Shown here: in pieces, positions 1 through 9,756 of the stretch
Numbering within the stretch: the stretch's first letter is position 1
Layout of the letters: each line of letters starts with the position of its first letter
Assembly: GCA_017398805.1 (NCBI GenBank)
Contig: JAFQEZ010000063.1
Coordinates: forward strand, 43,472-107,471
Reading direction: 5' to 3'
DNA: 64,000 nt
Origin: Bacteroidaceae bacterium
GTDB lineage: Bacteria; Bacteroidota; Bacteroidia; Bacteroidales; Bacteroidaceae
Translations under genes and position numbers: made by a program
Notes under the pieces: model-generated
The model's input: only the letters and a program-made list of their open reading frames with translations
Database searches by the model: none
What the model was told of the DNA's origin: nothing

Positions 1-1
1 A

Positions 2-1441
2 AATTGCATACGTGCTGAGGTTAATAATGGCAATGGCGGTAACATCCCTCTTCTTAATTTCTCAATACCCTTCGCATACTATGAAAGAGGAGTAAGAAAG
101 GGTGCATATGGAGATTTCTACTATGACCTTGTACGCGATGGTAGTAAGTTCAAGTGGTTTAACAGGAAAGATCGCTTCGGCAATTACATAACAGATCCTA
201 CTGATGCGGCTGCGTTTAATGCATTCCTCTCAGAGCTGATGTTCATTGTGCGCTGCCATCTGATCTGCAATGGCTATGACCTGAATAACTGCCGTATAAT
301 TTGGTCATATCCATTGTCATTCTCACCTCAGCTTCGTGAACAATATAGTTTGGCATGGACAAATGCTTACACAAAGTTCATCAGTCCTAATGCCGCTGGC
401 AATATTATGTATACAAATGAGTCAAGAACGCCGATATATGATTGTCAGGATAATCCGAATTCAAATAGCAAGCTGACTCTGCTTATGGATATTGGCGGTG
501 GTTCAACAGATGTTATTGGATATAAGAATAACGAAGTTAAGTTCGTAACATCATTTGGATTTGCAGGAAATGCCCTTTATCTTGATTCGGGTATGAATAC
601 AATTCAAAGCACTCAGATGGACGGCACACTACTCAAACAGTATGTACTGCAGCAACAGTTGTTCAAGAATTCCGAGATTGACCACACAAATGGTCAGGTT
701 TGTGATGTAAAGATTGACTCGTCACAGTCAATTAGCACTCTTATGAACTATGGATTCTCAAAGGCTACTGCAGAATTCGAGAATATCTTCAGGTACAACG
801 AGCCTGCGAAATACATGCTTTATATCCACAATGCTGCAATCGTATATCATGTTGCACAGCTTTGCAAGATATATTCTTGCGACGAGATGCCGTCATATAT
901 CTATCTAAGCGGAAATGGATCAAAACAATTCAAACTGAACGCGCAGAGGGATGGAATGATAAAGGAGATCTTCAGTCAAGTATATGGCATTGCTGATGCA
1001 AGTAACATATTTGTATCAGAAAGCGCAAATCCAAAAGCAGCTACAGTCAGAGGCGCGCTAAAGGGATTATGGATGGGTACCTTGGCTATAAACCAGAACT
1101 CTAGTACTCAATGTGTGACTATGTTGGGAGATAGCAGCACAGCAGTAACACCAGACAACTTCGGCAATACTGTAATTCCTAACCGGAATGGCGCAAAGGA
1201 GGCTGTGAAAGCAAATGTTGTATCCTTCTTCAAGATGTTCTATCGCAGTTTCTATACAACTGCAACACCGCTCATGACACTTAAAGAGATCGAAACGATT
1301 ATTGACAGTGTTGAGGATGACAGTACACTTGAAATTCCTCAGAACGGAGTAATCCATGACTCTTACTTCTTCCAGTATGTAGCACTTGTTATGCAACAGA
1401 TTTCATTGAAATTGGCTCGTGATGGGGCTGCCGGAAGATAA
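2..1441 (+). CDS. ASKHA-fold (Hsp70/actin-like) ATPase-like protein, 5' end outside window
   Basis: The frame is open from nt 2, with no stop before the listed M at 239. LLMDIGGGSTDVIGY (phosphate-2-like) and YLSGNGSK (adenosine-motif-like) are typical of Hsp70/MreB/ParM-type ATPases. Confidence 0.55.
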   Translation, partial: NCIRAEVNNGNGGNIPLLNFSIPFAYYERGVRKGAYGDFYYDLVRDGSKFKWFNRKDRFGNYITDPTDAAAFNAFLSELMFIVRCHLICNGYDLNNCRIIWSYPLSFSPQLREQYSLAWTNAYTKFISPNAAGNIMYTNESRTPIYDCQDNPNSNSKLTLLMDIGGGSTDVIGYKNNEVKFVTSFGFAGNALYLDSGMNTIQSTQMDGTLLKQYVLQQQLFKNSEIDHTNGQVCDVKIDSSQSISTLMNYGFSKATAEFENIFRYNEPAKYMLYIHNAAIVYHVAQLCKIYSCDEMPSYIYLSGNGSKQFKLNAQRDGMIKEIFSQVYGIADASNIFVSESANPKAATVRGALKGLWMGTLAINQNSSTQCVTMLGDSSTAVTPDNFGNTVIPNRNGAKEAVKANVVSFFKMFYRSFYTTATPLMTLKEIETIIDSVEDDSTLEIPQNGVIHDSYFFQYVALVMQQISLKLARDGAAGR

Positions 1442-1451
1442 ATCCTGTATT

Positions 1452-1484
1452 ACGCACTACATAAAGGCCCTTTATGTAGTGCGT
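1452..1484 (+). terminator. Strong hairpin after the ATPase-like gene
   Basis: ACGCACTACATAAAG-gcc-CTTTATGTAGTGCGT forms a perfect 15-bp stem with a 3-nt loop, followed by TTAT. Confidence 0.6.
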
Positions 1485-1517
1485 TTATAAAAGATAACAA
1501 AAAAGAAAAAAAACGCT

Positions 1518-2153
1518 ATGATGTTTAATCAAAGTGAAGAAGATGAAATTAGCAGATTGCGCTCAAGAATTGATTTCCTAGAAAAAAAGATTGACGTGCT
1601 TTGCGATATCCTATGCCGTTTATCCAGTGGTTTTAAGGACCTTTCTGATGCGACATATGTTAAATCCTATTTAGATTATACCAGTTCCGTAAAGAGCTGT
1701 ACTCTTGAGCAGGACGAGTTACAAGCTATGCAGGAGCAAGTATCTGACAATTCTGATACTGCAGGACAAATGTATGGAACGCATGCAGAAAATGTATCTG
1801 CTGAAGAGAACAAAGAAACAGAGACTATACATAGAGAATATGTCATACGCTATTTGGGAGCACCTTCTGGCAACGGTTTTGAGGTGATGAACGAGAGAAC
1901 CAACATAGGTGTAAATACTCTCTACGTATTGGAAATTGCAAGGGAGGAGAATTATGCAAGATTCTATCCCAATGTTGATAACAAGGTACAACTGATTAAT
2001 GAGAGAAACTATCTGTTTGATCCAGTGTGCGAGGCTATAGGGGATTTACAGTACTCAAGCACCTTGTCTGTAATTGAAGACAATTATGGCGAACTTGAGC
2101 TCAATGGCGACTATTGGATATTAAAGAAGAAATGTAAGGTAATAATCAAGTAA
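1518..2153 (+). CDS. Hypothetical protein: N-terminal coiled-coil plus C-terminal beta-rich domain
   Basis: 211-aa ORF with a heptad-like N-terminus (EEDEISRLRSRIDFLEKKIDVL). Its stop abuts the next ATG (TAAATG), so the two genes are tightly coupled. Confidence 0.5.
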   Translation: MMFNQSEEDEISRLRSRIDFLEKKIDVLCDILCRLSSGFKDLSDATYVKSYLDYTSSVKSCTLEQDELQAMQEQVSDNSDTAGQMYGTHAENVSAEENKETETIHREYVIRYLGAPSGNGFEVMNERTNIGVNTLYVLEIAREENYARFYPNVDNKVQLINERNYLFDPVCEAIGDLQYSSTLSVIEDNYGELELNGDYWILKKKCKVIIK

Positions 2154-3251
2154 ATGAAGAGGTTTATTTTGTGTCTTTCAATATTAGCCTTGCTACTGAT
2201 TGCATTATGGCCAGAAGAAGCTTATGACAATAAAAAACCACATAAGGCCTTGGCTATAAAAAAGGTAGTAGATGGAAATACCGTAGAACTTGATAATGGT
2301 ACTACAATCCACCTTATAGGAGTAACAAGTACAAATGAGGGAATGCAGAAACTTTCAAAACTGAATGGAACTCCTGTCCGCATTATACCTGACAGCGAAT
2401 CTCCATACAATCCTAACAAACTCAATAAACGTTCAGCTGTATATGCATACCTTATTGATGAGAATTCAAAAGAATGCATTAATTCTATGCTTTTAAAAAA
2501 CAGACTGGCAGATATTAATGAAACAAGATTTCTTAAAGACAGCCTGCATAAGTTTAAGGAATATGCCCATAAGGCGAAACAAGCAAGAAGGCAGCAACCG
2601 ACTCCAATTTACAAATCTAATGCAGACTATAATGAGGATAATATTGAGTTACCAGATTATTCTTTCGATACTGAGAGGAAGCATACCATATGGTATAATA
2701 ATGGAAACTTGAATCTTGAAATGCTCGAGACCGTGTGTGACTACACGCTTCCTTATACAAAGAACTTCGCAAACCAGCTTGCGGGACGTGTAGAAGGAAG
2801 CTACAATTTTAGGCAGGTGTGCGAGATTTTCAACTATTGTTACAAGAAGTGGGAGTATGTCAGCGATCCTAAGGATTCAGAATTTGTTGCAAAGGCTTCG
2901 GAAAGTATTGCATTCAAACTTAGGGGAGATTGTGATGATTTTGCTGTTCTTATGGCAAGTTGCATACTTGCAATAGGAGGTGATGCAAGCATCACAATTG
3001 CGAGTAACAGAGATAGTGCCCATGCATATGCAGAACTGAACATCACGGATATGGATATAGAAGGAATCAAGAAAGTCTTGGCAGAGACATATCCACACTT
3101 GTCAATACAAGATATTGCAATAAGACACGACAACTACGGGACATGGCTCAGTCTTGATTGGCAAGCAGAATATCCAGGTGGTCCATATTGGGAGTCGGAG
3201 AAGAGAAGTCATTATTGCAGGCGCGATGGTTCATGGATTTGGTATCGTTAG
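2154..3251 (+). CDS. Membrane-anchored protein with an SNase-like OB fold and a C-terminal transglutaminase-like Cys-protease fold
   Basis: N-terminal hydrophobic anchor (ILCLSILALLLIAL). VVDGNTVELDNGTTIHLIGV...YAYL...INSMLLKNRLA resembles staphylococcal nuclease, but the DTPE-type catalytic motif is not seen. RGDCDDFAVLMASCILAIGG...SAHAYAE is a transglutaminase-core-like Cys/His arrangement. Confidence 0.5.
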   Translation: MKRFILCLSILALLLIALWPEEAYDNKKPHKALAIKKVVDGNTVELDNGTTIHLIGVTSTNEGMQKLSKLNGTPVRIIPDSESPYNPNKLNKRSAVYAYLIDENSKECINSMLLKNRLADINETRFLKDSLHKFKEYAHKAKQARRQQPTPIYKSNADYNEDNIELPDYSFDTERKHTIWYNNGNLNLEMLETVCDYTLPYTKNFANQLAGRVEGSYNFRQVCEIFNYCYKKWEYVSDPKDSEFVAKASESIAFKLRGDCDDFAVLMASCILAIGGDASITIASNRDSAHAYAELNITDMDIEGIKKVLAETYPHLSIQDIAIRHDNYGTWLSLDWQAEYPGGPYWESEKRSHYCRRDGSWIWYR

Positions 3252-3305
3252 ACATGCTGTGAATAAATAGCAAACAATCACTTGATTATCATTATTGATG
3301 GCACT

Positions 3306-3409
3306 GTTTAAATTTATGTTGCCGAGTTTTATAATCTGTAAGTGAACTTAACGAGTTTTCCTCCATCTTACAGCCTGCCTAAAATGACTTCAACGACATA
3401 AATTTAAAC
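3306..3409. repeat. 14-bp perfect inverted repeat flanking a 76-nt spacer, beside the integrase gene
   Basis: GTTTAAATTTATGT (3306-3319) pairs with ACATAAATTTAAAC (3396-3409). Confidence 0.7.
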
Positions 3410-3429
3410 TGTTTCTTAATATCACTAAT

Positions 3430-4434
3430 CTAAGAATCTCCATCAAGCAAGGCCCTTATCACCAGATCATTTGCTTCATCTACTACAGACGTTTCCAATG
3501 AAGTGAGATATATGCGTGTTGTCTTTTCGTTGTCGTGACCCATACATTCGCTTATTACCGGTATCGGTACATTCTGGCACCGCGCCACACTTGCCCACGA
3601 ATGTCGTGCGACATATGTACTTAATGACCCACTCAAACGAAGTTTGTCCCCAATCTGTTTGAGCAAAAGATTTGTGGAACTGAGTGCCGATTTATACTGC
3701 AAACGTTCATCTTTACCTTCGGTCCTTATTATCGGCAGAAGATAATCACCTACACCATATCCATGTCTTTCAATGACATCCTGCATGCATTTTTCCCATT
3801 TTATCTGCAAAGTTTGCCCCGTTTTGCGACGACGGTAGACCAGGACACCGTCTTTAAGATTGTTTCTTTTGAGATATGCCATATCGACAAATGACATTCC
3901 TCTTGTGTAGAAAGAAAAGAGAAAAAGGTCACGAGCTAATTCAAGTTTTGGAGTTGCAGACAAATCGAATGCCTTTATACGGCGTAGGACATTCAGTGGC
4001 AATGCGCGTTTGACAGTTTTGTCAACACCCGTATATACATGCCTGAACGGATGTAGGTCATTTGTAATCTGTTGCTCAACAGCGCGGTTGTAGACAGCAC
4101 GCAACACTCTCAAATAGAATGAACTGCTATTGCGAGTTAAAGCACAAGAGTTCTGCAAATATGCTTCGTAGAGTTTAATAATATCTGAGTCGAGTTTATC
4201 GAAAGTTATATCATCACCTCCATGAAAGCGCAGGAAACTCCTTAATGTACTTTCATAGATTTCGCTAGTGCGAATCTTGCCTAAGGTTTTTTGCTGTGAT
4301 ATTACAACTTGCATAAAGGCGCATAGACCTTGCTTGCTCTTATTTGCCGCTTGTTTCAACAGACACTTCAGACTTGCCTCAGTACTTGGCAATGGGGCAT
4401 TCTTGTTGCCACGATTTAGAATGTTTTTCGTCAT
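3430..4434 (-). CDS. Tyrosine-type site-specific recombinase/integrase
   Basis: C-terminal ARHSWAS...GHDNEKTTRIYL gives the HxxR and catalytic Tyr context. The N-terminal SAM-like domain pattern is common in Bacteroidales integrases. Confidence 0.85.
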   Translation of the reverse strand: MTKNILNRGNKNAPLPSTEASLKCLLKQAANKSKQGLCAFMQVVISQQKTLGKIRTSEIYESTLRSFLRFHGGDDITFDKLDSDIIKLYEAYLQNSCALTRNSSSFYLRVLRAVYNRAVEQQITNDLHPFRHVYTGVDKTVKRALPLNVLRRIKAFDLSATPKLELARDLFLFSFYTRGMSFVDMAYLKRNNLKDGVLVYRRRKTGQTLQIKWEKCMQDVIERHGYGVGDYLLPIIRTEGKDERLQYKSALSSTNLLLKQIGDKLRLSGSLSTYVARHSWASVARCQNVPIPVISECMGHDNEKTTRIYLTSLETSVVDEANDLVIRALLDGDS

Positions 4435-4517
4435 AATAGAGTATTTGTTTCCTGTTATTATTTATATGGTAGGCATTATTTTACTACCTTCGCAAAGGAA
4501 AACAAAAAACATATACC

Positions 4518-4694
4518 ATGGAATTGCCCAATGACCCTATGATGCTGATGAGCGCAGTGAACATGTACCTGCGCGACCGATACCAGTCGCTCGACGAGTT
4601 GTGCGACGACCTTAATGTAGACCGCAAAGAGCTTGAAGCGAAACTGCTGCAGGCAGGGTTCGAGTATAGCGAGAAGTATAATAAGTTCTGGTAA
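4518..4694 (+). CDS. DUF4250-family small protein (58 aa, below the ORF-track cutoff)
   Basis: Hand translation gives MELPNDPMMLMSAVNMYLRDRYQSLDELCDDLNVDRKELEAKLLQAGFEYSEKYNKFW. This matches the conserved Bacteroidetes DUF4250 pattern as I remember it. Confidence 0.7.
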   Translation: MELPNDPMMLMSAVNMYLRDRYQSLDELCDDLNVDRKELEAKLLQAGFEYSEKYNKFW

Positions 4695-4780
4695 AGAAAG
4701 AATATTAGAAGCTGTTCGTTTTGAGCGAAGCGAAAAATCCCGATAATCACCGGTAATCCATCCCCGGTTCATACGACCTT

Positions 4781-5644
4781 TCACGGATTCATCTCCGCAA
4801 AAATCCTGAGACCGTCCATGGTGCTGCCGAAACAGATTCTGCCGCCTGAGGCGCGGAAAATCTTGTCGGTGGACATCGCGAGGTTTCGTTCATGTTCGGG
4901 ATAACGTTCATAATCGGGCTGCAACAGAGGGCCCGACTGCAAGCCCACCAGCATCTCGCAATAGCAGCAGGCAGTCTCATAGGTATCCATCGAGCACTCC
5001 GCACCAAAGTTGTAGACGCCACCGGGCAGAGCAAACGTAGCAGGCAAGTACTCCACCACATCGCGCACCCAGGTTATTCCGCGATACTCGCGCACAGGCA
5101 GCACCAATGGTGTGCGATCCTTTATTGCCCGTGCTATGTTCAGTACAAAGTTCGCATGTACAGGCATGCCCTCGCGCTCAATGTCATACATCCATGTTGC
5201 ACGCAAAGCAACTGCCGTAGGACATAGCTCAAGAGCACGTTGCTCCGCCTCGAGCTTGTGCCTGCCATAGACATTCTCCGGCGCTACAGCCACATCCTCA
5301 CTTAGCGGACCGCTCTCGCAGTTGCCGTTATAGACCTGGTCACTTGAGAAGAAGATGAATTTGACACCGTTACGTGCTGCAGCCGCCGCAAGATTGCACA
5401 CACCCTCTACATTCACGCGGTAACTTTCATCGGGGTGCTGTTCGCAGTACCAGGTATTTGAGATTGCCGCCAGATGCACCACCACATCGGGGGTGTGCTG
5501 CAGGAAATAACTGTCGACCGACTCGCGGTCGGTAATATCAAGTTCACTATGCGAAGGAGCAAGAATTTTGTACTCATTGCGCCACCGTGCAACAACACGG
5601 CTGCCCACAAAACCGCTCGCACCTGTTACTAAGATTTTTTGCAT
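4781..5644 (-). CDS. NAD(P)-dependent sugar-nucleotide reductase/epimerase, RmlD-like
   Basis: MQKILVTGASGFVGS Rossmann motif at the second Met (start 5644). SSDQVYNG and YGRHKLEAE give a YxxxK catalytic motif. Confidence 0.75.
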   Translation of the reverse strand: MQKILVTGASGFVGSRVVARWRNEYKILAPSHSELDITDRESVDSYFLQHTPDVVVHLAAISNTWYCEQHPDESYRVNVEGVCNLAAAAARNGVKFIFFSSDQVYNGNCESGPLSEDVAVAPENVYGRHKLEAEQRALELCPTAVALRATWMYDIEREGMPVHANFVLNIARAIKDRTPLVLPVREYRGITWVRDVVEYLPATFALPGGVYNFGAECSMDTYETACCYCEMLVGLQSGPLLQPDYERYPEHERNLAMSTDKIFRASGGRICFGSTMDGLRIFAEMNP

Positions 5645-5663
5645 GGTGTTATTGGTTATTTTC

Positions 5664-6207
5664 TTAAATTCTCTCAAGTTCGTTGTACATCACTAACCCT
5701 TTTACAGTCAACAAATATTTCTGGCGAGGATGACGAGGAGACTGAGGGTACAACATACAGACATAGCCATCACTAATCGCCGGATTAAGATAATTCTCCA
5801 AAAAGTAGGTCTATACTTCATCCCCATAGCCTCCATCACCTGCCTTACGGTTATTTGTTTAGTACCTATCGCGACTATCAATCTCGCAATGTAAACAGAA
5901 TGCTCCATCTTGTTCGGCGCTTGTTCGGTGCTTATCATATTCTTGTTCGACCACACTTACCCATTCTACTGGTGGATTCACCAACATAAACCTGTTTTTC
6001 AATTCATTGCTTTCTCCCATCAACAGATTACGGAAGAATTTTATCAAAAAGCTGTAATTCTGGTTGATTCCCTTTGCCACATTTTTATAGTTGGCCCTTA
6101 CCAATGCATTACGGAAATACCACGAATGCAACGCGCCATGCCTCGGCATATTCGCGTTTATGCGGTTCACAGACTTTCCGGTATTCGTCGAAATTGAGAT
6201 ACTTCAT
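5664..6207 (-). pseudogene. Frameshifted remnant of a Fic/ATP-binding-type regulator gene
   Basis: Coding fragments lie in three reading frames on the minus strand. The last fragment reads PTFLENYLNPAISDGYVCMLYPQSPRHPRQKYLLTVKG, a C-terminal signature I associate with Bacteroidales Fic/RecG-C-like proteins. Confidence 0.4.
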
Positions 6208-6222
6208 ATTATTTAGTCAGCC

Positions 6223-7578
6223 TTATCTGTAATCTTGAATTTTTGAGGCACTTATTGAATATTTCCAACGTATTGGCATTATTGTTTTGGTATGAGAATT
6301 CATAAAATTCAATTGAACCACATTACAGTCTAACTCAGGACATTTTGGGCCAATAATCGCCTTTCGTAATTTTAAAGGAAATGAACCATCATTTAAAGAG
6401 AATAGACAAATACGACTCACAATATTATTAGTTGAATCCATAATCCATTTTATTTCAGGTTTTATCCTATCGCAAACATCATTATTGGTTATAAACAACA
6501 ATCGAAATTCTTCTTCATCCTTGAATAGATAAGACTTAAAAAAATGTTTCCATATAAACCACCTTTTAAATTCCAATTTCCATCCATTTAATCTTTTATT
6601 TAAAATTTGACGAATGAATTCCAATTCATAATGAGTCCCATCATCTTGTCCATATGACACAGGAGATAAAAAGAACTTCTCTTCATCAATCAACTCTTCA
6701 TTTATTTCATATTCTATACAAGCACCTTTAGCATCATTACCATACAGTCTCCACATTGTCAAATCATCAGACTTACGCAAATTACAGCAAGACAAAATAA
6801 AACAATTATTATTCTCCACTATAGAACTCTGTGACTCTGCAAACGCATAAAGTCCAATATACTTATCAGTGTATGAGACTTCACCTTTATCATTCATACA
6901 TGTTATAGAGCACATTGGTTGTTTGTTGTCTCTTATTGTTAAAAACAAAGATTCAAGAGAAGTATATCTACATATTGATTTAGGGGTTGAACATGATAAG
7001 AGTAACTTAAAAAAGGAATCCTCATATTCTGTTTTTAAAAAAAACACACCATTATCATCATCGTATTCTATTGAAGATTCAGAAAACAGTTCATCAAGTT
7101 CTTTATGTGTCTCTATTGTTAGTTGTTCATCATATAGAGTAGGCTTACACGATAAAATTTCAAAAGCTATTTCATCAATCAACGGACGCAACCCAAAATT
7201 TCGTTTTTCCTTAATTGCAACAACAAGATTACTGAAATCCAAAGTTTGGAAGCCCAAAACCCCTTTATTCCAAATATAGAATTTATCACCTCTACCAAAA
7301 TAAATTATACCGCATTTTACACCGACTTTTTTAAATCTGTTTTGATATATTTCAGCATTTTGAGGTATATTGAAAGATGCAAATCCATATCTGTAATCTA
7401 ATACAGCAATAACTAGTTTCTTATGAAAAATTACTATATCAAATAATTCTTTCACGAGCCCAGCCATCGATGAAACCTCAACATTCACATCAACTTCATA
7501 ATCAGCACCTAATGTTTCTTGGATTTTTTTTGCTAGAGACTCTTTTCTTTCAAAACTTAGCAACTTAGAACTCTTCAT
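6223..7578 (-). CDS. Hypothetical protein with a C-terminal DUF2971-like domain
   Basis: 451-aa ORF. ILSCCNLRKSDDLTMWRLYGNDAKGACIEYEI matches the DUF2971 core (S/C...MW..Y....KG.CI.F). It is the last gene of the R-M gene string. Confidence 0.5.
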   Translation of the reverse strand: MKSSKLLSFERKESLAKKIQETLGADYEVDVNVEVSSMAGLVKELFDIVIFHKKLVIAVLDYRYGFASFNIPQNAEIYQNRFKKVGVKCGIIYFGRGDKFYIWNKGVLGFQTLDFSNLVVAIKEKRNFGLRPLIDEIAFEILSCKPTLYDEQLTIETHKELDELFSESSIEYDDDNGVFFLKTEYEDSFFKLLLSCSTPKSICRYTSLESLFLTIRDNKQPMCSITCMNDKGEVSYTDKYIGLYAFAESQSSIVENNNCFILSCCNLRKSDDLTMWRLYGNDAKGACIEYEINEELIDEEKFFLSPVSYGQDDGTHYELEFIRQILNKRLNGWKLEFKRWFIWKHFFKSYLFKDEEEFRLLFITNNDVCDRIKPEIKWIMDSTNNIVSRICLFSLNDGSFPLKLRKAIIGPKCPELDCNVVQLNFMNSHTKTIMPIRWKYSISASKIQDYR

Positions 7579-7632
7579 ATGTTTTTTTTAAACTCAAAGA
7601 CATTTAATCATTATGTAAAATTGACAGTCAAA

Positions 7633-9756
7633 CTAAAGGCCAACAACCTTACTAATACAAGTATCTGTGAATGCACGCCAGATTTCAAGCTTAACTTTCT
7701 TGTAGTCTTCAAATAACTGACCGACATATTCAATTTCAAACACTAGGCGAAGATCGTTCTTGTCTTCATTTTTCTGTCCCTCTTTGCGGTACCCTAGTCG
7801 TGCAATTTTGATATAGTAAAGATCTCGAATGCCTTTGCCTGAGAGGTACGGCATAAAATAGTAGAGTTTGTTGAGCGCAACCGTAGTCGGGAACTTCTTG
7901 CCTGTATAGTAAATCTTGGCTGAAGCATCAAGATACTGCTCCCAATTATCCTTCTTGACGTTGCAGATGAGGAGGTTCTTTGTGATGTCGATCGGCAAGT
8001 TACGATGAATACTCTTCGTATCGTATTCAATTAGAATGTCCTCACGGACCATGGAGTTTTGCGTGATTGGCTCGAGTTCGTATTGGGCAAAGAGATCAAG
8101 GAAATCAAGTTGCATGTGCTTCCCTTTTTCCGTTTCCTTCTTCTTCATAGGCTTTTCAAGTGTCTGGCGAGTCAAACGGCGATTGATGATTTTGTGCCAA
8201 ATGGAACGAGCTAGCTTGACCTCCTCCTCCGACAATCCCATACCCTTGTGCAAGATTATTTCATCAGTATAATCAAGAATTTCATCAGTCGTTACTTTCT
8301 TACGAAGCATACGATCAATAGTGTCAAAGATATTCTCATTCTCCTCTCTGTAAGGCAAATAGATTCCTCCGACTTCGCTTGGCATGAGTTCAAGGCAGCC
8401 GCCACCGAAGTTGCGTCCAAGAATCTCTGCAAAGGCAAATGAGAGTGAGTTATAGTAACTTGCTAGAAATGCTTTCTTGTTCACACCATCTTTGATGAAG
8501 ACCCTGTGCATGGTATCCGTAGTATATGCACCAGCCTCATTGAGCACAAACTTTGGGTATAGGTTGTTCCGACGAAGGAACAATGCGTCAGAAAGTTTTA
8601 TGGAAGGAATAACCCACCATTGATCTCTTATGCTAGTTTTATAGCCTTTGTCAATGCCAGCTGCTTCGCCACCTTCAAGATAGGCCTTTACACCTTTGTT
8701 GCCATTCTTTTTGGAATCAGGGGGGAACACCAGAAGATGTGCCTTTGCTTCAGATGCGACATTGGCTTTCCAGTCACGCTTAGTAAAGCAAAGACTGTTT
8801 ACTTGCACACTCCTTCCAACCATCGGACAAGCATAATTCTGCAACTGATACATACTAACCACAGATTGCGGAACAGTAAAGAAGTCGTTAGCCCCTGTTG
8901 TGATACCGACCTCCACCTTTGCAAATGAAGAAATCGTTGTGGTTTTCTTTACTTTGTCGAGCAAATCAAGTTCTTTCTTATCAAGGAAGTAATAGGTCCA
9001 CTTGTCTGTATGGAAATTAATGTCTTTGCTTGGAAATCTTAACTGATGAGGATCAAGTGCAAGAAGTCCCTGCGCGTCCTTTACCTCAATGTGCTCAATT
9101 TTGTGTTCGTTTGTGTCGTTTTTCTCACAAAGAAGCAGAACAACTTCCTGCTGAATCTCCTCGAAAACAAGGTTCTCAAAAGAAATAATGTTTATTTTGT
9201 TGAAAGTTTTGGCTAGGTATTTGCGTAACTGCTGGGCATATTTCACCATTAACAGTTCTGACGGAATGACGAAACCCATTTTACCATTATCGCGAAGAAG
9301 TTGTGTACATCCTACAACAAACGTTACCCACGCATTAGTGAGTTTCGTGCGCTTGAGCTTTGCATTTTTGAAGATCTCGTCAGCAAGTTTCTGTTGTGCT
9401 GTATCATAATACTGATAACGAATGAATGGAGGATTGCCAACAACAAGGTCGAAACGCTTATCAGTATCAAGGCAGAAACGGTGAAAATCCTGATTGATTA
9501 CCTCTGAATCATGCAACCCAAGTGTACGTGCCTTATTGGCCTCTGCTGCTTCGTATTCAATAGCGGTTACTGTTTTGAATAGCATATTTTCATCACGCAT
9601 GCATTCCAAGAACACACCATCACCACAACTCGGCTCGAGTACGTCGGCGTCTTGTCCACCATTTATCCCCCAATGCAGTATGAACGATGCTATTGCAGGT
9701 GGAGTGTAGTATGCTCCTCTTAATTTTTCTGCGGATGCGTCTTTAATCAGCTGCAT
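7633..9756 (-). CDS. N6-adenine DNA methyltransferase (gamma-class, Eco57I-M/TaqI-like) with an extra 160-aa C-terminal domain
   Basis: Motif I is LEPSCGDGVFL and motif IV is VVGNPPFIRYQ. It overlaps the upstream Type IIG gene by 14 nt. Confidence 0.85.
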   Translation of the reverse strand: MQLIKDASAEKLRGAYYTPPAIASFILHWGINGGQDADVLEPSCGDGVFLECMRDENMLFKTVTAIEYEAAEANKARTLGLHDSEVINQDFHRFCLDTDKRFDLVVGNPPFIRYQYYDTAQQKLADEIFKNAKLKRTKLTNAWVTFVVGCTQLLRDNGKMGFVIPSELLMVKYAQQLRKYLAKTFNKINIISFENLVFEEIQQEVVLLLCEKNDTNEHKIEHIEVKDAQGLLALDPHQLRFPSKDINFHTDKWTYYFLDKKELDLLDKVKKTTTISSFAKVEVGITTGANDFFTVPQSVVSMYQLQNYACPMVGRSVQVNSLCFTKRDWKANVASEAKAHLLVFPPDSKKNGNKGVKAYLEGGEAAGIDKGYKTSIRDQWWVIPSIKLSDALFLRRNNLYPKFVLNEAGAYTTDTMHRVFIKDGVNKKAFLASYYNSLSFAFAEILGRNFGGGCLELMPSEVGGIYLPYREENENIFDTIDRMLRKKVTTDEILDYTDEIILHKGMGLSEEEVKLARSIWHKIINRRLTRQTLEKPMKKKETEKGKHMQLDFLDLFAQYELEPITQNSMVREDILIEYDTKSIHRNLPIDITKNLLICNVKKDNWEQYLDASAKIYYTGKKFPTTVALNKLYYFMPYLSGKGIRDLYYIKIARLGYRKEGQKNEDKNDLRLVFEIEYVGQLFEDYKKVKLEIWRAFTDTCISKVVGL

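Noticed and set aside
3306-3409. Invertible promoter (inverton) controlled by the adjacent tyrosine recombinase.
   Set aside because: Neither strand of the 76-nt spacer contains a TAnnTTTG-type -7 box. I kept it only as a low-interest repeat.
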